NCBI GenBank assembly: GCA_945872425.1
Contig: CAMBZE010000003.1
Span: 938-64,937 of the forward strand
Length of the DNA: 64,000 bases
From: Methylotenera oryzisoli
Lineage (GTDB): Bacteria; Pseudomonadota; Gammaproteobacteria; Burkholderiales; Methylophilaceae
Direction of reading: 5' to 3'
The number at the start of each line of letters is the position of its first letter. Position 1 is the stretch's first letter. The notes beneath the pieces were generated by a model. That model saw only the letters and a program-made list of their open reading frames with translations, did not search any database and was not told the DNA's origin. This document shows, piece after piece, positions 8,710 through 20,225 of the stretch. The position numbers and the translations under genes were made by a program.

Positions 8710-10116
8710 ATGGCAAAAACGTTATACGATAAATTATTTGACAGTCACGTTGTGACCGAGGAAAACGGCACCGCATTGATTTATATTGACCGCCATCTGG
8801 TGCATGAAGTGACCAGTCCGCAAGCGTTTGAGGGGCTCAGGTTGGCTGGCCGTAAATTATGGCGCATCAATTCGGTGTTGGCTGTGCCTGACCATAATGT
8901 GCCGACCACAGACAGAAGCACAGGGGTGGCTGGTATTGCCGACCCGATTTCACGTTTGCAAGTGCAAACTTTGGATGAAAACTGTACGGATTTTGGTGTA
9001 ACAGAGTTCAAAATGAATGATGTGCGTCAGGGGATTGTGCATGTGATTGGCCCAGAGCAGGGCGCAACCTTGCCGGGGATGACTGTGGTTTGTGGGGACT
9101 CTCATACCAGTACGCACGGGGCTTTTGGGGCTTTGGCACACGGTATCGGTACGTCTGAAGTCGAGCACGTGATGGCGACGCAATGTTTGGTGCAAAAAAA
9201 ATCCAAAGCGATGTTAGTAACGGTTGAAGGCGCCTTACAAAAAGGCGTGACAGCTAAAGATATTGCATTGGCAATCATTGGCAAAATAGGCACAGCAGGG
9301 GGCACGGGTTACGCGATTGAGTTTTCTGGCGCTGCAATTCGCAATTTGAGCATGGAAGGTCGCATGACTTTGTGCAATATGGCGATTGAGGCCGGTGCAC
9401 GCGCAGGCATGGTGGCAGTTGATGACACGACAATTAACTATATTAAAGATCGTCCGTTTGCGCCTAAAGCTGAGCAATGGGGTGCGGCGGTTGCCTATTG
9501 GAGCACTTTGCATAGTGATGCGGGTGCAGTATTCGATGCTGTTGTGACTTTGCAAGCTGAAGATATTCAACCGCAAGTAACTTGGGGGACTTCACCGGAG
9601 ATGGTGGTTGGCGTTGACGGTAAAGTGCCAAGTTTGGATCTCGCGAAAAATGAGGTGCAACGTGGCGATTGGGAACGTGCCTATGCTTACATGGGTTTAA
9701 CACCTAATACCCCTATCAATCAAATCAGTATTGATAAAGTGTTTATCGGGTCTTGTACCAACTCACGTATTGAGGATTTGCGTGCAGCGGCTGAGGTTGC
9801 AAAAGGCCGGCATATTGCACCTAACGTAAAATTAGCGTTGGTAGTGCCAGGCTCTGGTTTGGTGAAGGCACAAGCTGAACAAGAAGGTTTAGACAAGATT
9901 TTTATAGAGGCAGGTTTTGAATGGCGCGAACCAGGTTGCTCTATGTGCTTAGCCATGAATGCCGATAGGCTTGAGCCAGGTGAGCGTTGCGCTTCAACTT
10001 CAAATCGTAATTTTGAGGGGCGCCAGGGTCAGGGTGGCCGTACGCATTTGGTTAGCCCGGAGATGGCGGCGGCGGCGGCAGTGGCTGGACATTTTGTTGA
10101 TGTAAGAAGTTTGTAA
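8710..10116 (+). CDS. leuC: 3-isopropylmalate dehydratase large subunit (ATG 8710 likely; ORF track 8695)
   Basis: [51 protein letters not shown]. Confidence 0.98.
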   Translation: MAKTLYDKLFDSHVVTEENGTALIYIDRHLVHEVTSPQAFEGLRLAGRKLWRINSVLAVPDHNVPTTDRSTGVAGIADPISRLQVQTLDENCTDFGVTEFKMNDVRQGIVHVIGPEQGATLPGMTVVCGDSHTSTHGAFGALAHGIGTSEVEHVMATQCLVQKKSKAMLVTVEGALQKGVTAKDIALAIIGKIGTAGGTGYAIEFSGAAIRNLSMEGRMTLCNMAIEAGARAGMVAVDDTTINYIKDRPFAPKAEQWGAAVAYWSTLHSDAGAVFDAVVTLQAEDIQPQVTWGTSPEMVVGVDGKVPSLDLAKNEVQRGDWERAYAYMGLTPNTPINQISIDKVFIGSCTNSRIEDLRAAAEVAKGRHIAPNVKLALVVPGSGLVKAQAEQEGLDKIFIEAGFEWREPGCSMCLAMNADRLEPGERCASTSNRNFEGRQGQGGRTHLVSPEMAAAAAVAGHFVDVRSL

Positions 10117-10146
10117 GTCAATATTAACTAAATTTAAGAAAACAAT

Positions 10147-10785
10147 ATGCAAGCTTTTACGCAATTGAAGGGTTTGGTAGCCCCGTTAGACCGCGCGAAT
10201 GTGGATACTGACGCTATCATTCCAAAACAGTTTTTGAAGTCTATTAAACGCAGCGGTTTTGGACCCAATGCGTTTGATGAGTGGCGCTATTTAGACCAAG
10301 GTGAGCCTGGTATGGATAATAGTAAGCGCCCATTAAACCCTGACTTTGTGCTGAATCAATCACGCTACCAAGGGGCGAGTGTGTTACTTGCACGTGAGAA
10401 CTTTGGCTGTGGTTCAAGTAGGGAGCACGCGCCATGGGCATTGGAAGATTATGGCTTCAAAGTGGTGATTGCACCCAGTTTTGCTGATATTTTCTTCAAC
10501 AATTGCTTCAAAAATGGCATGTTGCCTATTGTATTGGCTGCGAAAGCTGTGGACGCTTTGTTTAATCAAGTTGTAGCCAATGAAGGTTACAAACTGGATG
10601 TTAACTTGAATGCTCAAACAGTGACTACGCCTGCCGGTGATGTCTATCCATTTGAGGTGGATGCTTTCCGCAAACACTGCTTGTTAAATGGTTTGGATGA
10701 CATTGGTTTAACCATGCAGCAACAAGACAAAATTAAGGCGTTTGAGCAAAAGCATCAGCAGTCTCAGCCATGGCTCTTTTTGTAA
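10147..10785 (+). CDS. leuD: 3-isopropylmalate dehydratase small subunit
   Basis: [38 protein letters not shown]. Confidence 0.98.
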   Translation: MQAFTQLKGLVAPLDRANVDTDAIIPKQFLKSIKRSGFGPNAFDEWRYLDQGEPGMDNSKRPLNPDFVLNQSRYQGASVLLARENFGCGSSREHAPWALEDYGFKVVIAPSFADIFFNNCFKNGMLPIVLAAKAVDALFNQVVANEGYKLDVNLNAQTVTTPAGDVYPFEVDAFRKHCLLNGLDDIGLTMQQQDKIKAFEQKHQQSQPWLFL

Positions 10786-10824
10786 GTCAGTTTTAATTAA
10801 AATCAAGTTTAAGAAAGTCAGTTC

Positions 10825-11895
10825 ATGAAAATTGCAGTGTTGCCAGGTGATGGCATTGGTCCGGAAATTGTTGCACAAGCTGTTAAAGTTTTAACCGCGC
10901 TAAAATTAGACATCAACATGACTGAGGCGCCTATTGGTGGCGCAGGTTACGAGGCTGCGGGTGACCCATTGCCGGATGCAACATTAAAACTCGCTAAGGA
11001 TGCAGATGCTGTTTTATTGGGCGCGGTGGGTGATTGGAAGTATGACAAATTAGAGCGTCATTTACGTCCTGAGCGTGGTTTGTTGCGTATTCGCAAAGAA
11101 CTTAATTTGTTTGCTAACTTGCGCCCGGCTTTGCTTTATCCTGAATTGGCGGCGGCCTCTACCTTGAAACCAGAAGTGGTTTCTGGCCTGGATATTATGA
11201 TTGTGCGCGAGCTCACTGGTGATATCTATTTCGGTCAGCCCCGTGGCATTTCTACCTTGGAGAACGGCGAGCGTGAAGGCATCAACACCATGCGCTATAA
11301 CGAGTCTGAGATTCGTCGTATTGGTCGAGTCGCGTTTGATATCGCCATGAAGCGGCGTGTCAATGGTCAAAAAGCAAAAGTATGTTCAGTGGATAAAGCC
11401 AACGTGCTGGAAACCACTGAATTATGGCGTCAAGTCATGATTGAACTGTCCGCTGAATATCCAGAAGTTGAATTGAGCCACATGTATGTCGATAACGCTG
11501 CGATGCAACTGATTCGAGCACCCAAGCAGTTTGATGTCATGGTAACAGGTAACATCTTCGGTGATATTTTGTCGGATGAAGCCTCTATGCTCACCGGTTC
11601 TATCGGTATGTTGCCTTCGGCATCGCTGGATGCAAATAACAAAGGCATGTATGAGCCTAGCCACGGCTCTGCGCCAGATATCGCGGGTAAAGACGTTGCT
11701 AATCCATTGGCAACGATTCTTTCTGTCGCCATGATGTTGCGTTACACCTTTGGCGACGAAGCTAATGCACAACGCGTTGAAAATGCAGTGAAAAAAGCGC
11801 TGGCACTTGGGTTTAGAACGGCTGACATTTGGACAGAAGGTACCAATAAAGTTGGATGTGCTGCGATGGGCGACGCTGTAGTGGCGGCATTGTAA
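10825..11895 (+). CDS. leuB: 3-isopropylmalate dehydrogenase
   Basis: [44 protein letters not shown]. Confidence 0.98.
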   Translation: MKIAVLPGDGIGPEIVAQAVKVLTALKLDINMTEAPIGGAGYEAAGDPLPDATLKLAKDADAVLLGAVGDWKYDKLERHLRPERGLLRIRKELNLFANLRPALLYPELAAASTLKPEVVSGLDIMIVRELTGDIYFGQPRGISTLENGEREGINTMRYNESEIRRIGRVAFDIAMKRRVNGQKAKVCSVDKANVLETTELWRQVMIELSAEYPEVELSHMYVDNAAMQLIRAPKQFDVMVTGNIFGDILSDEASMLTGSIGMLPSASLDANNKGMYEPSHGSAPDIAGKDVANPLATILSVAMMLRYTFGDEANAQRVENAVKKALALGFRTADIWTEGTNKVGCAAMGDAVVAAL

Positions 11896-11906
11896 ATTTA
11901 AGAAAT

Positions 11907-11938
11907 GTAGGGTGGGTTAGGCGAAGCCGTAGCTCACC
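11907..11938 (+). repeat. GTAG-family REP element (single copy)
   Basis: GTAG followed by the hairpin GGTGGGTTA-GGC-GAA-GCC-G-TAGCTCACC (fully paired if G.T wobbles are allowed). Confidence 0.75.
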
Positions 11939-11974
11939 ATGAGTTAAATATGAACTAAATATGATGGGCGATAT

Positions 11975-13087
11975 ATGTTAAAAGTAGGTTTTGTCGGTTG
12001 GCGTGGCATGGTGGGTTCAGTCCTCATGCAACGCATGTTGGAAGAAAATGATTTTGCGCTTATCGAGCCACAATTCTTCACTACATCGCAAGTGGGCGGT
12101 AATGGCCCGAATGTGGGCAAAGAAACGCCTGCATTGCTGGATGCCAAAGATATTAACGCACTCAAAGCGATGGATGCGATTGTGTCATGCCAGGGCGGAG
12201 ACTACACCACTGAAATATTCCCAAAGTTACGTAATTCTGGTTGGAACGGTCATTGGATTGACGCTGCCTCAACTTTACGCATGGAAAAAGATGCGGTCAT
12301 TATTCTAGATCCTGTGAATATGCATGTGATACAGAATGCACTACATAATGGCGGCAAGAACTGGGTCGGTGGTAACTGTACAGTTTCATTGATGCTGATG
12401 GCCTTAAATGGTTTATTCAAGGCAGACCTGGTCGAGTGGGCAACCTCCATGACTTATCAGGCGGCTTCTGGTGCAGGCGCACAAAACATGCGCGAGCTAC
12501 TTAAGCAAATGGGTGAAGCGCACCGCGTGGCCAGCGACCTTTTAAAAGACCCGGCCTCTGCGATTTTAGATATTGACCGTGAAGTGGCAGGCACGCTGCG
12601 TGATGACGGTTTTCCAACAGCCCATTTTGGTGTGCCATTAGCCGGTAGTTTGATTCCATGGATTGATAAAGACTTGGGCAATGGGCAAAGTAAAGAGGAA
12701 TGGAAGGGTGGCGTTGAAACTAACAAAATTTTAGGGCGCGAAACTAATCCGATCTTGATAGATGGCCTTTGTGTGCGTATTGGCGCAATGCGCTGTCATA
12801 GCCAGGCCTTAACGATCAAGCTGAAGAAAAATGTACCGCTAGATGAAATAAATCAGATGTTGTCTGAAGCGAATCAATGGGCGAAAGTTGTGCCAAATGA
12901 GCGTGAGTCTAGTATGCGTGAACTCACGCCAGCTGCGGTGACCGGGACTTTAATCACCCCAGTGGGTAGAATCCGTAAGCTAAATATGGGTAATGATTAT
13001 TTATCTGCCTTTACTGTAGGTGACCAGCTGCTATGGGGTGCGGCAGAGCCGTTGCGTCGTATGTTGCGAATTTTAATAGAAAAATAA
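11975..13087 (+). CDS. asd: Aspartate-semialdehyde dehydrogenase
   Basis: [47 protein letters not shown]. Confidence 0.98.
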   Translation: MLKVGFVGWRGMVGSVLMQRMLEENDFALIEPQFFTTSQVGGNGPNVGKETPALLDAKDINALKAMDAIVSCQGGDYTTEIFPKLRNSGWNGHWIDAASTLRMEKDAVIILDPVNMHVIQNALHNGGKNWVGGNCTVSLMLMALNGLFKADLVEWATSMTYQAASGAGAQNMRELLKQMGEAHRVASDLLKDPASAILDIDREVAGTLRDDGFPTAHFGVPLAGSLIPWIDKDLGNGQSKEEWKGGVETNKILGRETNPILIDGLCVRIGAMRCHSQALTIKLKKNVPLDEINQMLSEANQWAKVVPNERESSMRELTPAAVTGTLITPVGRIRKLNMGNDYLSAFTVGDQLLWGAAEPLRRMLRILIEK

Positions 13088-13250
13088 TTTGTAAAGTTCT
13101 TCAGTTGTTGTGAGGCTGACAACAGTCAAAGTCGCCAGCCAGATAGCAGTTGAAAGGTGTGTGCATTATGAGCTTGCATCCCTAACTATTAGATGTTAGT
13201 TTTATACTGAAAATATTGGATTGATTATTGGATGGACTAAAGGTAGTAAT

Positions 13251-15035
13251 GTGCATAAATCAAAAATAAAGCAATTTTCATTGGTAGCCTGCTTGGCATT
13301 TATGCCGTTTTTTGGTTTTGCCGCAGACTTAGGCGAGTTAAATGTAACCTCAAGTTTAGGTGAGCCACTAAAAGCTGAAGTGGAGCTTCTGTCAGTCACT
13401 CCAGAAGAGCTTTCAACGCTGGTTGCCGTCATTGCTTCTGAAGAAGCGTATGTAGCTCAAGGCATTGCCCGTCTAGGAATCCATAACGATATTAGAGTGG
13501 ATTTGACTAAAAATGCAGATGGCTTACCTGTATTGACGTTGTATTCCAGTCAGCCTATTAGTGATCCGTATCTGGACATGTTAATTCAGGTAAATTGGGC
13601 ATCGGGTCGCATACTGCGTGAATATGCTGTTTTGTTAGATTCACCAGAATATAAACAATCAATCAGTGAAGCGTCATTAGCACCGATTTCTCCTCCATCT
13701 GTAGCCAGCAATGCAAATAAAGATGAAGCCTCTGGCGAGGTAAATCCCGATACCTTTGATGGCGAGCTTGCAAAACAAGTTGGTAATCAAACTGATGAGC
13801 AACAAGACAAATATGATACAACTGCAGATACAGCGCAGTTAACCACAGTGCGCAGCGACACCTTGATCTCAATTGCAAGAAAAATGCAAGTCGATGGCGT
13901 GAGCTTGGATCAAATGCTCGTGGCTTTGTTTAAAAATAATAAAGAAGCATTTTCTGATGGCAATATGAACCGACTTAAAGTCGGTAAAATTATTAAGGCG
14001 CCTTCCAAAGACAGTTTCATGGCAATTGACGCACAGCAGGCTAAGCAGTCTGTGAAAGTGCACACTGCAAACTGGAATGAATATCGTAGAGCTCTAGCAG
14101 ATACTGTGGCTAAAATTTCTGCTGGCGTAGAGAGTGAGCAAAAACAATCGGCATCTGGAAAAATTGTTGCCGCTGAGGATAATGCTACCTTGGTTAAATC
14201 AGGTTCACGGGATGTTGTAAAACTATCTGCCGGTGAGAAAGATTTTGGAAAAGGCAGCAAAGAGAGTGGTCAAGAGTTTGACGCTAAAATTTCAGCTCTG
14301 CAAGAAGAAGCTATCGCACGTGAAAAGGCATTGAAGGAATCGCAAGAGCGTACGACTGTTTTAGAGAAACAAATTGAGGATATGCAAAAATTATTGGCTT
14401 TGAAAAACCAAGCGATGACAGATTTGCAAAAAAAGGTTGAAAATCCAACTAGCACAGCAGCTGAAATTGAAAAAATGCCACCTATTGTAAAAACTCCCGT
14501 TGAGTTTGTATTAGAGGCATCATTCATTGAAGGTCTGTTAGATAATGTAGATATGGCATTGCTTGGGGGCACTGCCGGTGTTACATTGCTAGGCATCGGC
14601 TGGATGTTCTTACGTAATAAGCGTAGAAGAACCCTAGATAGCTTTAAGCACGGTACGGTAACTTCTGGCGATTTGCGTGCTAACACCATATTTGGCAATA
14701 CTACTGATAATGCAAGTGCCTCAGACACTACATTTGATTTGCCACTAATGAATGAACTAGATACAAAGGTTTTTGATTTTTCTGCAATTAACCTAGATTT
14801 GGGCAAGGACGAGGATCAAGCAGTTGTGGGGCAATCATTAAATGATTTATCTATTGAACAGTCAGTGCAGATTGCACCTGAACATCAGGATATTGAAATT
14901 AAATTTGATTTAGTGGCTGCGTATATCGATATGGATGATAAAGATGGCGCGCGTGAATTGCTGGATGAAGTGATTAAAGAAGGCGGTCCTCAGCAACGGC
15001 AACGCGCCGAGCAGTTGTTAGCAAGTTTGGCATAA
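13251..15035 (+). CDS. fimV: FimV/HubP polar landmark protein (GTG 13251 likely; ORF track 13221)
   Basis: LGELNVTSSLGEPLKAEV, LysM-like region (QMLVALFKNN..AF..GNMNRLKVG), coiled coil, TM segment, C-terminal DLVAAYIDMDDKDGARELLDEV; asd-fimV-truA synteny. Confidence 0.9.
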   Translation: MHKSKIKQFSLVACLAFMPFFGFAADLGELNVTSSLGEPLKAEVELLSVTPEELSTLVAVIASEEAYVAQGIARLGIHNDIRVDLTKNADGLPVLTLYSSQPISDPYLDMLIQVNWASGRILREYAVLLDSPEYKQSISEASLAPISPPSVASNANKDEASGEVNPDTFDGELAKQVGNQTDEQQDKYDTTADTAQLTTVRSDTLISIARKMQVDGVSLDQMLVALFKNNKEAFSDGNMNRLKVGKIIKAPSKDSFMAIDAQQAKQSVKVHTANWNEYRRALADTVAKISAGVESEQKQSASGKIVAAEDNATLVKSGSRDVVKLSAGEKDFGKGSKESGQEFDAKISALQEEAIAREKALKESQERTTVLEKQIEDMQKLLALKNQAMTDLQKKVENPTSTAAEIEKMPPIVKTPVEFVLEASFIEGLLDNVDMALLGGTAGVTLLGIGWMFLRNKRRRTLDSFKHGTVTSGDLRANTIFGNTTDNASASDTTFDLPLMNELDTKVFDFSAINLDLGKDEDQAVVGQSLNDLSIEQSVQIAPEHQDIEIKFDLVAAYIDMDDKDGARELLDEVIKEGGPQQRQRAEQLLASLA

Positions 15036-15053
15036 CGCTGTTACTTCTAATAC

Positions 15054-15080
15054 AAGCCGGGCCTATGGCTCGGCTTTTTT
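15054..15080 (+). terminator. Intrinsic terminator after fimV
   Basis: aagccgggcc-tat-ggctcggct followed by a T6 tract. Confidence 0.8.
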
Positions 15081-15084
15081 ATCC

Positions 15085-15717
15085 ATGCATCCATTCGTAA
15101 AAATTTTATATTTCATATTGATATTATTGCTCATGAGTTTTTTGAGTAATCAATTATTGTGTGTACTTTTGATTTTACTAGGCACCTTTGCGGCAAGTTT
15201 GCAACTACGTAGCTTTTTACGCGTTGTTACGCGCATGCGCTGGCTGTTTTTATCCATATTGATTATTTATGGATTTGGTACGCCAGGCGAGTTTATTCCG
15301 CACATTCCTGTTAATTTCGCACCCACTTTTGAGGGCGTTCAGCAGGGGATGCTGCAGATTGTAAAATTATTGATTGCTTTGGCAGCACTGAGCCTATTGT
15401 TTTCCACCAGCTCAAAAGCGCATTTGATTCATGGTTTGTACATATTGCTTAGTCCGCTCAAGTTTTTAGGCTTGAATGTGAAAAGGTTTGCTGTTCGATT
15501 GTTATTAACGCTAGATTATGTTGAGGAGTTAGCTTCGCAGCAGCAGCATAAATTTAGCCTTAATCAGTTTGACGATATTTACCTGACGGCAGATGAACAA
15601 GTTGCTGACAAAGTAATTGTTTTCGAGAGTTTACCTTTCAATTTTTTAGATAAAGTGATGATGTTTATCTTTATGGGAGCAATTTCAGGAATGCTGGTTT
15701 TAGGATTTCAATCGTGA
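15085..15717 (+). CDS. CbiQ/EcfT-like ECF transporter transmembrane component (orphan)
   Basis: MHPFVK start, RMRWLFLSILIIYGFGTPGE, GLYILLSPL..LG....RFAVRLLLTLDY; 4-bp overlap with truA. Confidence 0.7.
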   Translation: MHPFVKILYFILILLLMSFLSNQLLCVLLILLGTFAASLQLRSFLRVVTRMRWLFLSILIIYGFGTPGEFIPHIPVNFAPTFEGVQQGMLQIVKLLIALAALSLLFSTSSKAHLIHGLYILLSPLKFLGLNVKRFAVRLLLTLDYVEELASQQQHKFSLNQFDDIYLTADEQVADKVIVFESLPFNFLDKVMMFIFMGAISGMLVLGFQS

Positions 15718-16499
15718 GATACGCCCTAGGTTTGTCTTATGATGGGACTCGTTTCTGCGGATGGCAAAGCCAGCCTAATGCTTGTGGCGTGCAGGATACA
15801 TTAGAGTCAGCTATTGCCAGTATCTCCCAGCATACAGTCAGGGTACATGCTGCAGGACGCACTGATGCCGCTGTGCATGCGCTTGGTCAGGTAATACATT
15901 TTGATACGGATGCAGTCAGGCCTTTATCTGCGTGGGTGCGGGGTGTCAATGCGCACTTGCCTGAAACAGTGCGTGTGGAATGGGCGCATGCGGTTGATGA
16001 TGGCTTTCATGCTCGATTTTCAGCTTTTAGTCGTAGCTATCAATATTTGCTTTATAACGCGCCGGTCGCGCCTGCGCTTATGGCAACAAAAGCCGGCTGG
16101 TTTCATTTGCCGCTGGACTTTAATGCCATGCATGAAGCCGCAAGTTATTTAATGGGTGAGCATGACTTTAGTGCATTCAGAGCTTCTGAATGCCAGGCAA
16201 AGTCGCCTGTCAGGCAGCTCACCAAAGCGAATATCCGGGTTGCAGGGCAGTATTTTATTTTTGAATTCTCGGCTAATGCATTTTTACAGCATCAGGTGCG
16301 TAACATGATAGGCGCGTTAGTTTATGTAGGTAAAGGTGCACATCCTCCAACATACATGCTAGAGCTGTTGCGGAAACGTAATCGCACCTTGTCGCCACCT
16401 ACTTTTTCACCTTCCGGCTTGTATCTGACAGGGGTTGATTACGATGCAAAATGGGGTTTACCAATTGCACCCCAGCGCGGCTTGCAAGTGCTGATTTAG
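15714..16499 (+). CDS. truA: tRNA pseudouridine(38-40) synthase
   Basis: YDGTRFCGWQSQ, AGRTDAAVHA, FHARFSA, FLQHQVRNMIG. Confidence 0.97.
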   Translation: MRYALGLSYDGTRFCGWQSQPNACGVQDTLESAIASISQHTVRVHAAGRTDAAVHALGQVIHFDTDAVRPLSAWVRGVNAHLPETVRVEWAHAVDDGFHARFSAFSRSYQYLLYNAPVAPALMATKAGWFHLPLDFNAMHEAASYLMGEHDFSAFRASECQAKSPVRQLTKANIRVAGQYFIFEFSANAFLQHQVRNMIGALVYVGKGAHPPTYMLELLRKRNRTLSPPTFSPSGLYLTGVDYDAKWGLPIAPQRGLQVLI

Positions 16500-16537
16500 C
16501 GTTACAATACGGCTTCCCTAGCGTGAATAATTTCATC

Positions 16538-16563
16538 AATGGCATATATTAATGGCATATATT
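16538..16563. repeat. 13-bp perfect tandem duplication aatggcatatatt x2
   Basis: Read directly. It creates the spurious upstream ATG used by the ORF track for trpF. Confidence 0.8.
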
Positions 16564-16575
16564 AAAGGTGGCGTT

Positions 16576-17190
16576 TTGAGAGTCCGAGTTAAAATTTGTG
16601 GTATCACTCGTGTAGAAGATGCGCTAAGCGCGGTTGCAAATGGCGCGGATGCTATTGGTTTGGTATTTTATGCACCTAGCCCTCGTCACGTCAGCATTGC
16701 TCAAGCCATTGATATTGTGAATAAAATTCCTGCTTTTGTCAGTATAGTCGGATTGTTTGTCAATGCGGAATCCACTGTTATCAATGAAGTCACCTCTCAA
16801 GTCCGGTTGGATTTATTGCAGTTTCATGGCGATGAAACACCGGAAGAGTGTGCGCGTTATCAACTACCTTTTATCAAAGCAATTCGCGTTAAGTCAGACA
16901 CAAATTTGATACAATGTGCGAAAGATTTTTCTGCGGCCAGAGCCTTGTTGCTGGATACTTATACCGAGGGTGTCGCTGGCGGTACTGGGCATGTGTTTGA
17001 TTGGAATTTAATTCCAGCTGAATTGGCAAAACCAGTGATACTGGCCGGTGGCTTAAATGTGCAAAATGTGGCGCAAGCAATTGCGCAGGTAAAACCTTAC
17101 GCTGTTGACGTCAGTGGCGGTGTGGAAATCTCAAAAGGAATTAAAGATGCAGCAAAAATTGCTGCATTTATGCAGCAAGTCACTATGTAG
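16576..17190 (+). CDS. trpF: Phosphoribosylanthranilate isomerase (TTG 16576 likely; ORF track 16552)
   Basis: [40 protein letters not shown]. Confidence 0.97.
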   Translation: MRVRVKICGITRVEDALSAVANGADAIGLVFYAPSPRHVSIAQAIDIVNKIPAFVSIVGLFVNAESTVINEVTSQVRLDLLQFHGDETPEECARYQLPFIKAIRVKSDTNLIQCAKDFSAARALLLDTYTEGVAGGTGHVFDWNLIPAELAKPVILAGGLNVQNVAQAIAQVKPYAVDVSGGVEISKGIKDAAKIAAFMQQVTM

Positions 17191-17220
17191 TGATTACAAA
17201 GTAGTGGTTACAAAGTAGTG
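17187..17220. repeat. 14-bp tandem repeat gtagtg(a/g)ttacaaa x2.4
   Basis: Read directly; overlaps the trpF stop codon. Confidence 0.75.
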
Positions 17221-17242
17221 AGTTTTAAGTGGAGAGTTAATA

Positions 17243-18445
17243 ATGCAGCTTTATGACATGCCGGATGCACGTGGGCATTTTGGACAATTTGGTGGTACGT
17301 TTGTAGCGGAAACTTTGGTTGAGGCACTGGAAGCGTTGCGTGTAATGTACGAGAAGTATCGTCATGATCCCGAGTTTTTGGCTGAGTTTGCGTACGATCT
17401 AAAACATTTTGTTGGACGCCCTAGTCCTATCTATCATGCCAAGCGATTATCAGACAAATTGGGCGGCGCTCAAATCTACTTGAAGCGTGAAGATCTGAAT
17501 CATACGGGCGCGCACAAAATTAACAATACCATTGGTCAGGCATTGCTTGCCAAACGCATGGGTAAACCTAGAGTGATTGCGGAAACAGGTGCGGGTCAAC
17601 ATGGTGTTGCAACGGCAACCATCGCAGCACGCCTGGGCCTGGAGTGCGTGGTATATATGGGCAGTGAAGACGTTAAACGTCAGGCCCCCAATGTGTTTAG
17701 AATGAAGCTGTTAGGAGCAACAGTCGTGCCGGTAGAAAGCGGGTCTAAAACGCTTAAAGACGCATTGAATGAAGCGATGCGTGATTGGGTTACCAATGTG
17801 AACAACACGTTCTATATCATCGGCACTGTAGCAGGTCCGCATCCATATCCGATGATGGTGCGTGATTTTCAGGCTGTGATTGGCATTGAAGCCAAAGAAC
17901 AAATGATGGAAATGGCTGGCCGTCAACCTGATGCTATCGTGGCATGTGTGGGCGGCGGCTCTAATGCGATGGGGATTTTTTATCCGTATATTGATGTGCC
18001 GAACGTGCGTTTAATTGGAGTTGAAGCTGCTGGTCACGGCATTGAAACCGGGTTGCATGCTGCGCCGTTGACCGCTAATAGCCCGGTAGGTGTATTACAT
18101 GGCAATCGTACTTATTTGATGCAGGATGCGGATGGTCAAATCATTGAAACGCACTCCGTTTCTGCAGGGCTGGATTACCCAGGTGTTGGGCCCGAGCATG
18201 CATGGCTAAAAGACATTAAGCGTGCAGAATATGTTGCAATTACTGATGATGAAGCGATGGCGGCTTTCCATAATCTATGCCGCACGGAGGGCATTATTCC
18301 TGCGCTGGAGTCCAGTCACGCATTGGCCTATGCCGAGAAGCTGGCTAAAACGATGAATAAAGACCAGATTATTTTAGTGAATTTATCTGGTCGTGGCGAT
18401 AAGGATATTAACACCGTAGCCAAACTCGCAAACATTACTTTGTAA
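17243..18445 (+). CDS. trpB: Tryptophan synthase beta chain
   Basis: [11 protein letters not shown] (PLP Lys), [25 protein letters not shown]. Confidence 0.98.
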   Translation: MQLYDMPDARGHFGQFGGTFVAETLVEALEALRVMYEKYRHDPEFLAEFAYDLKHFVGRPSPIYHAKRLSDKLGGAQIYLKREDLNHTGAHKINNTIGQALLAKRMGKPRVIAETGAGQHGVATATIAARLGLECVVYMGSEDVKRQAPNVFRMKLLGATVVPVESGSKTLKDALNEAMRDWVTNVNNTFYIIGTVAGPHPYPMMVRDFQAVIGIEAKEQMMEMAGRQPDAIVACVGGGSNAMGIFYPYIDVPNVRLIGVEAAGHGIETGLHAAPLTANSPVGVLHGNRTYLMQDADGQIIETHSVSAGLDYPGVGPEHAWLKDIKRAEYVAITDDEAMAAFHNLCRTEGIIPALESSHALAYAEKLAKTMNKDQIILVNLSGRGDKDINTVAKLANITL

Positions 18446-18470
18446 ATACAATCTTATAAAAATATTACTC

Positions 18471-19271
18471 ATGTCCAGAATTCAATCAACTTTTGCTACT
18501 TTAAAACAGCAAGGCAAAACTGCCTTGATTCCCTACATTACAGCCGGTGATCCACATCCAAAGCACACGGTCAATCTGATGCACACACTGGTTAAGCATG
18601 GGGCAGATATGATCGAACTCGGCGTGCCGTTTTCTGACCCAATGGCAGATGGCCCGGTGATTCAACGCGCGAGTGAGCGCGCTTTGGTGCATAAGGTAGG
18701 TTTAACGGCTGTGTTGGAGATGGTAAAAGAGTTTCGTCAAACCAACCAAACAACGCCTATTATCTTGATGGGGTACGCCAACCCAGTTGAAGCAATGGGC
18801 ACGATTGTATTTGCTGATCGTGCGAAAGACGCAGATGTCGATGGTGTGATTACCGTTGATTACCCGCCGGAGGAATGTGGTGACTATGTTAAAGAACTTC
18901 GCGCTCGTGGTATAGATCCGGTGTTTTTATTGTCACCAACCACTGACCCCAAGCGGGTTGAGCTGATTGTGAATCAAGCGAGTGGCTTTGTGTATTACGT
19001 GTCACTTAAGGGTGTAACGGGTGCTGCTAATTTAGACATTACTGAAGTCTCCGGGCGCGTTGCCTCCATTCGCAAACAAACGGATTTGCCGGTAGGGGTC
19101 GGTTTCGGTATTCGTGATGCTGCGACTGCAAAAGCAACCGCCGCCATTGCAGACGCTGTTGTAGTCGGTAGCCGTATGGTACAGGCGATTGAGGCATCAG
19201 ACGAGAGCGATCTGCAAAGCAACGTAGCGACACTGATGGATGAATTAAGAGCAGCGGTTGACGCTGCTTAA
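18471..19271 (+). CDS. trpA: Tryptophan synthase alpha chain
   Basis: [37 protein letters not shown]. Confidence 0.98.
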   Translation: MSRIQSTFATLKQQGKTALIPYITAGDPHPKHTVNLMHTLVKHGADMIELGVPFSDPMADGPVIQRASERALVHKVGLTAVLEMVKEFRQTNQTTPIILMGYANPVEAMGTIVFADRAKDADVDGVITVDYPPEECGDYVKELRARGIDPVFLLSPTTDPKRVELIVNQASGFVYYVSLKGVTGAANLDITEVSGRVASIRKQTDLPVGVGFGIRDAATAKATAAIADAVVVGSRMVQAIEASDESDLQSNVATLMDELRAAVDAA

Positions 19272-19290
19272 TAGTTAAGAGGAATACGCA

Positions 19291-20154
19291 ATGGGCTGGT
19301 TAAATCAACTACCGCAAAAAATTAAACGCATTGTAGGCACTGACAAAAAAACTGTGCCGGAAGGACTGTGGAGTAAATGTCCATCCTGTCAATCCGTACT
19401 CTATCGTAAAGACTTGGAAGATAACGCTGAAGTTTGTCCGAAATGTGCCTACCACAATCGCATTGGCGCACGCGCACGCTTGGCTCATTTGTTAGATGCT
19501 GATGGTCAGCTTGAGATTGGGGCTGACGTACAGCCAATAGATCCACTCAAGTTCAAAGACAGTAAAAGCTATGCAGACCGTATTAAAGAATCACAGAAAA
19601 CGGTAAACGAGACGGATGCGTTAATTGTGATGCAGGGCAGCATTAAATCTGTTCCAGCGGTGGTTGCCGTGTTTGAGTTCAAATACATGGGCGGCTCAAT
19701 GGGTTCTGTTGTGGGGGAGCGTTTTGTGCGTGGTGTGCAAACGGCCATTGAAAACAAAATGGCGTTTGTGTGTATTTCTGCAAGTGGTGGCGCACGTATG
19801 CAGGAGGGCTTGTTGTCGCTCATGCAAATGGCAAAAACCAGCGCAGCGCTGACGCGATTAAGTAATGCCGGTTTGCCTTATATCTCGGTGCTGACTGATC
19901 CTACCATGGGGGGCGTTTCAGCCAGCTTTGCCATGCTGGGTGATGTGATTGTGGCTGAACCTCAGGCTTTAATCGGGTTTGCTGGCCCGCGTGTGATTGA
20001 GCAAACAGTTCGTGAAACTTTACCGGATGGTTTTCAGCGCGCAGAGTTTTTGTTGGAACATGGTGCCATTGATTTGATTATTGATCGCCGCGAAATGCGT
20101 AACAGATTAGCCGGATTATTAGCTAATTTGATGCGTTTACCAGTTGCCGCTTGA
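19291..20154 (+). CDS. accD: Acetyl-CoA carboxylase carboxyltransferase beta subunit
   Basis: Zn finger KCPSC...[38 protein letters not shown]. Confidence 0.98.
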   Translation: MGWLNQLPQKIKRIVGTDKKTVPEGLWSKCPSCQSVLYRKDLEDNAEVCPKCAYHNRIGARARLAHLLDADGQLEIGADVQPIDPLKFKDSKSYADRIKESQKTVNETDALIVMQGSIKSVPAVVAVFEFKYMGGSMGSVVGERFVRGVQTAIENKMAFVCISASGGARMQEGLLSLMQMAKTSAALTRLSNAGLPYISVLTDPTMGGVSASFAMLGDVIVAEPQALIGFAGPRVIEQTVRETLPDGFQRAEFLLEHGAIDLIIDRREMRNRLAGLLANLMRLPVAA

Positions 20155-20225
20155 TTGATATATGACGTTTTAGTTCTGAGCGATTGTCACCTTGAGATTG
20201 ACTGTGATGCTTGAAGATTTTTTGC

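Noticed and set aside
17187-17220. CRISPR array
   Set aside because: Repeats are adjacent 14-mers without spacers; no repeat-spacer array or cas gene was seen anywhere in the window.
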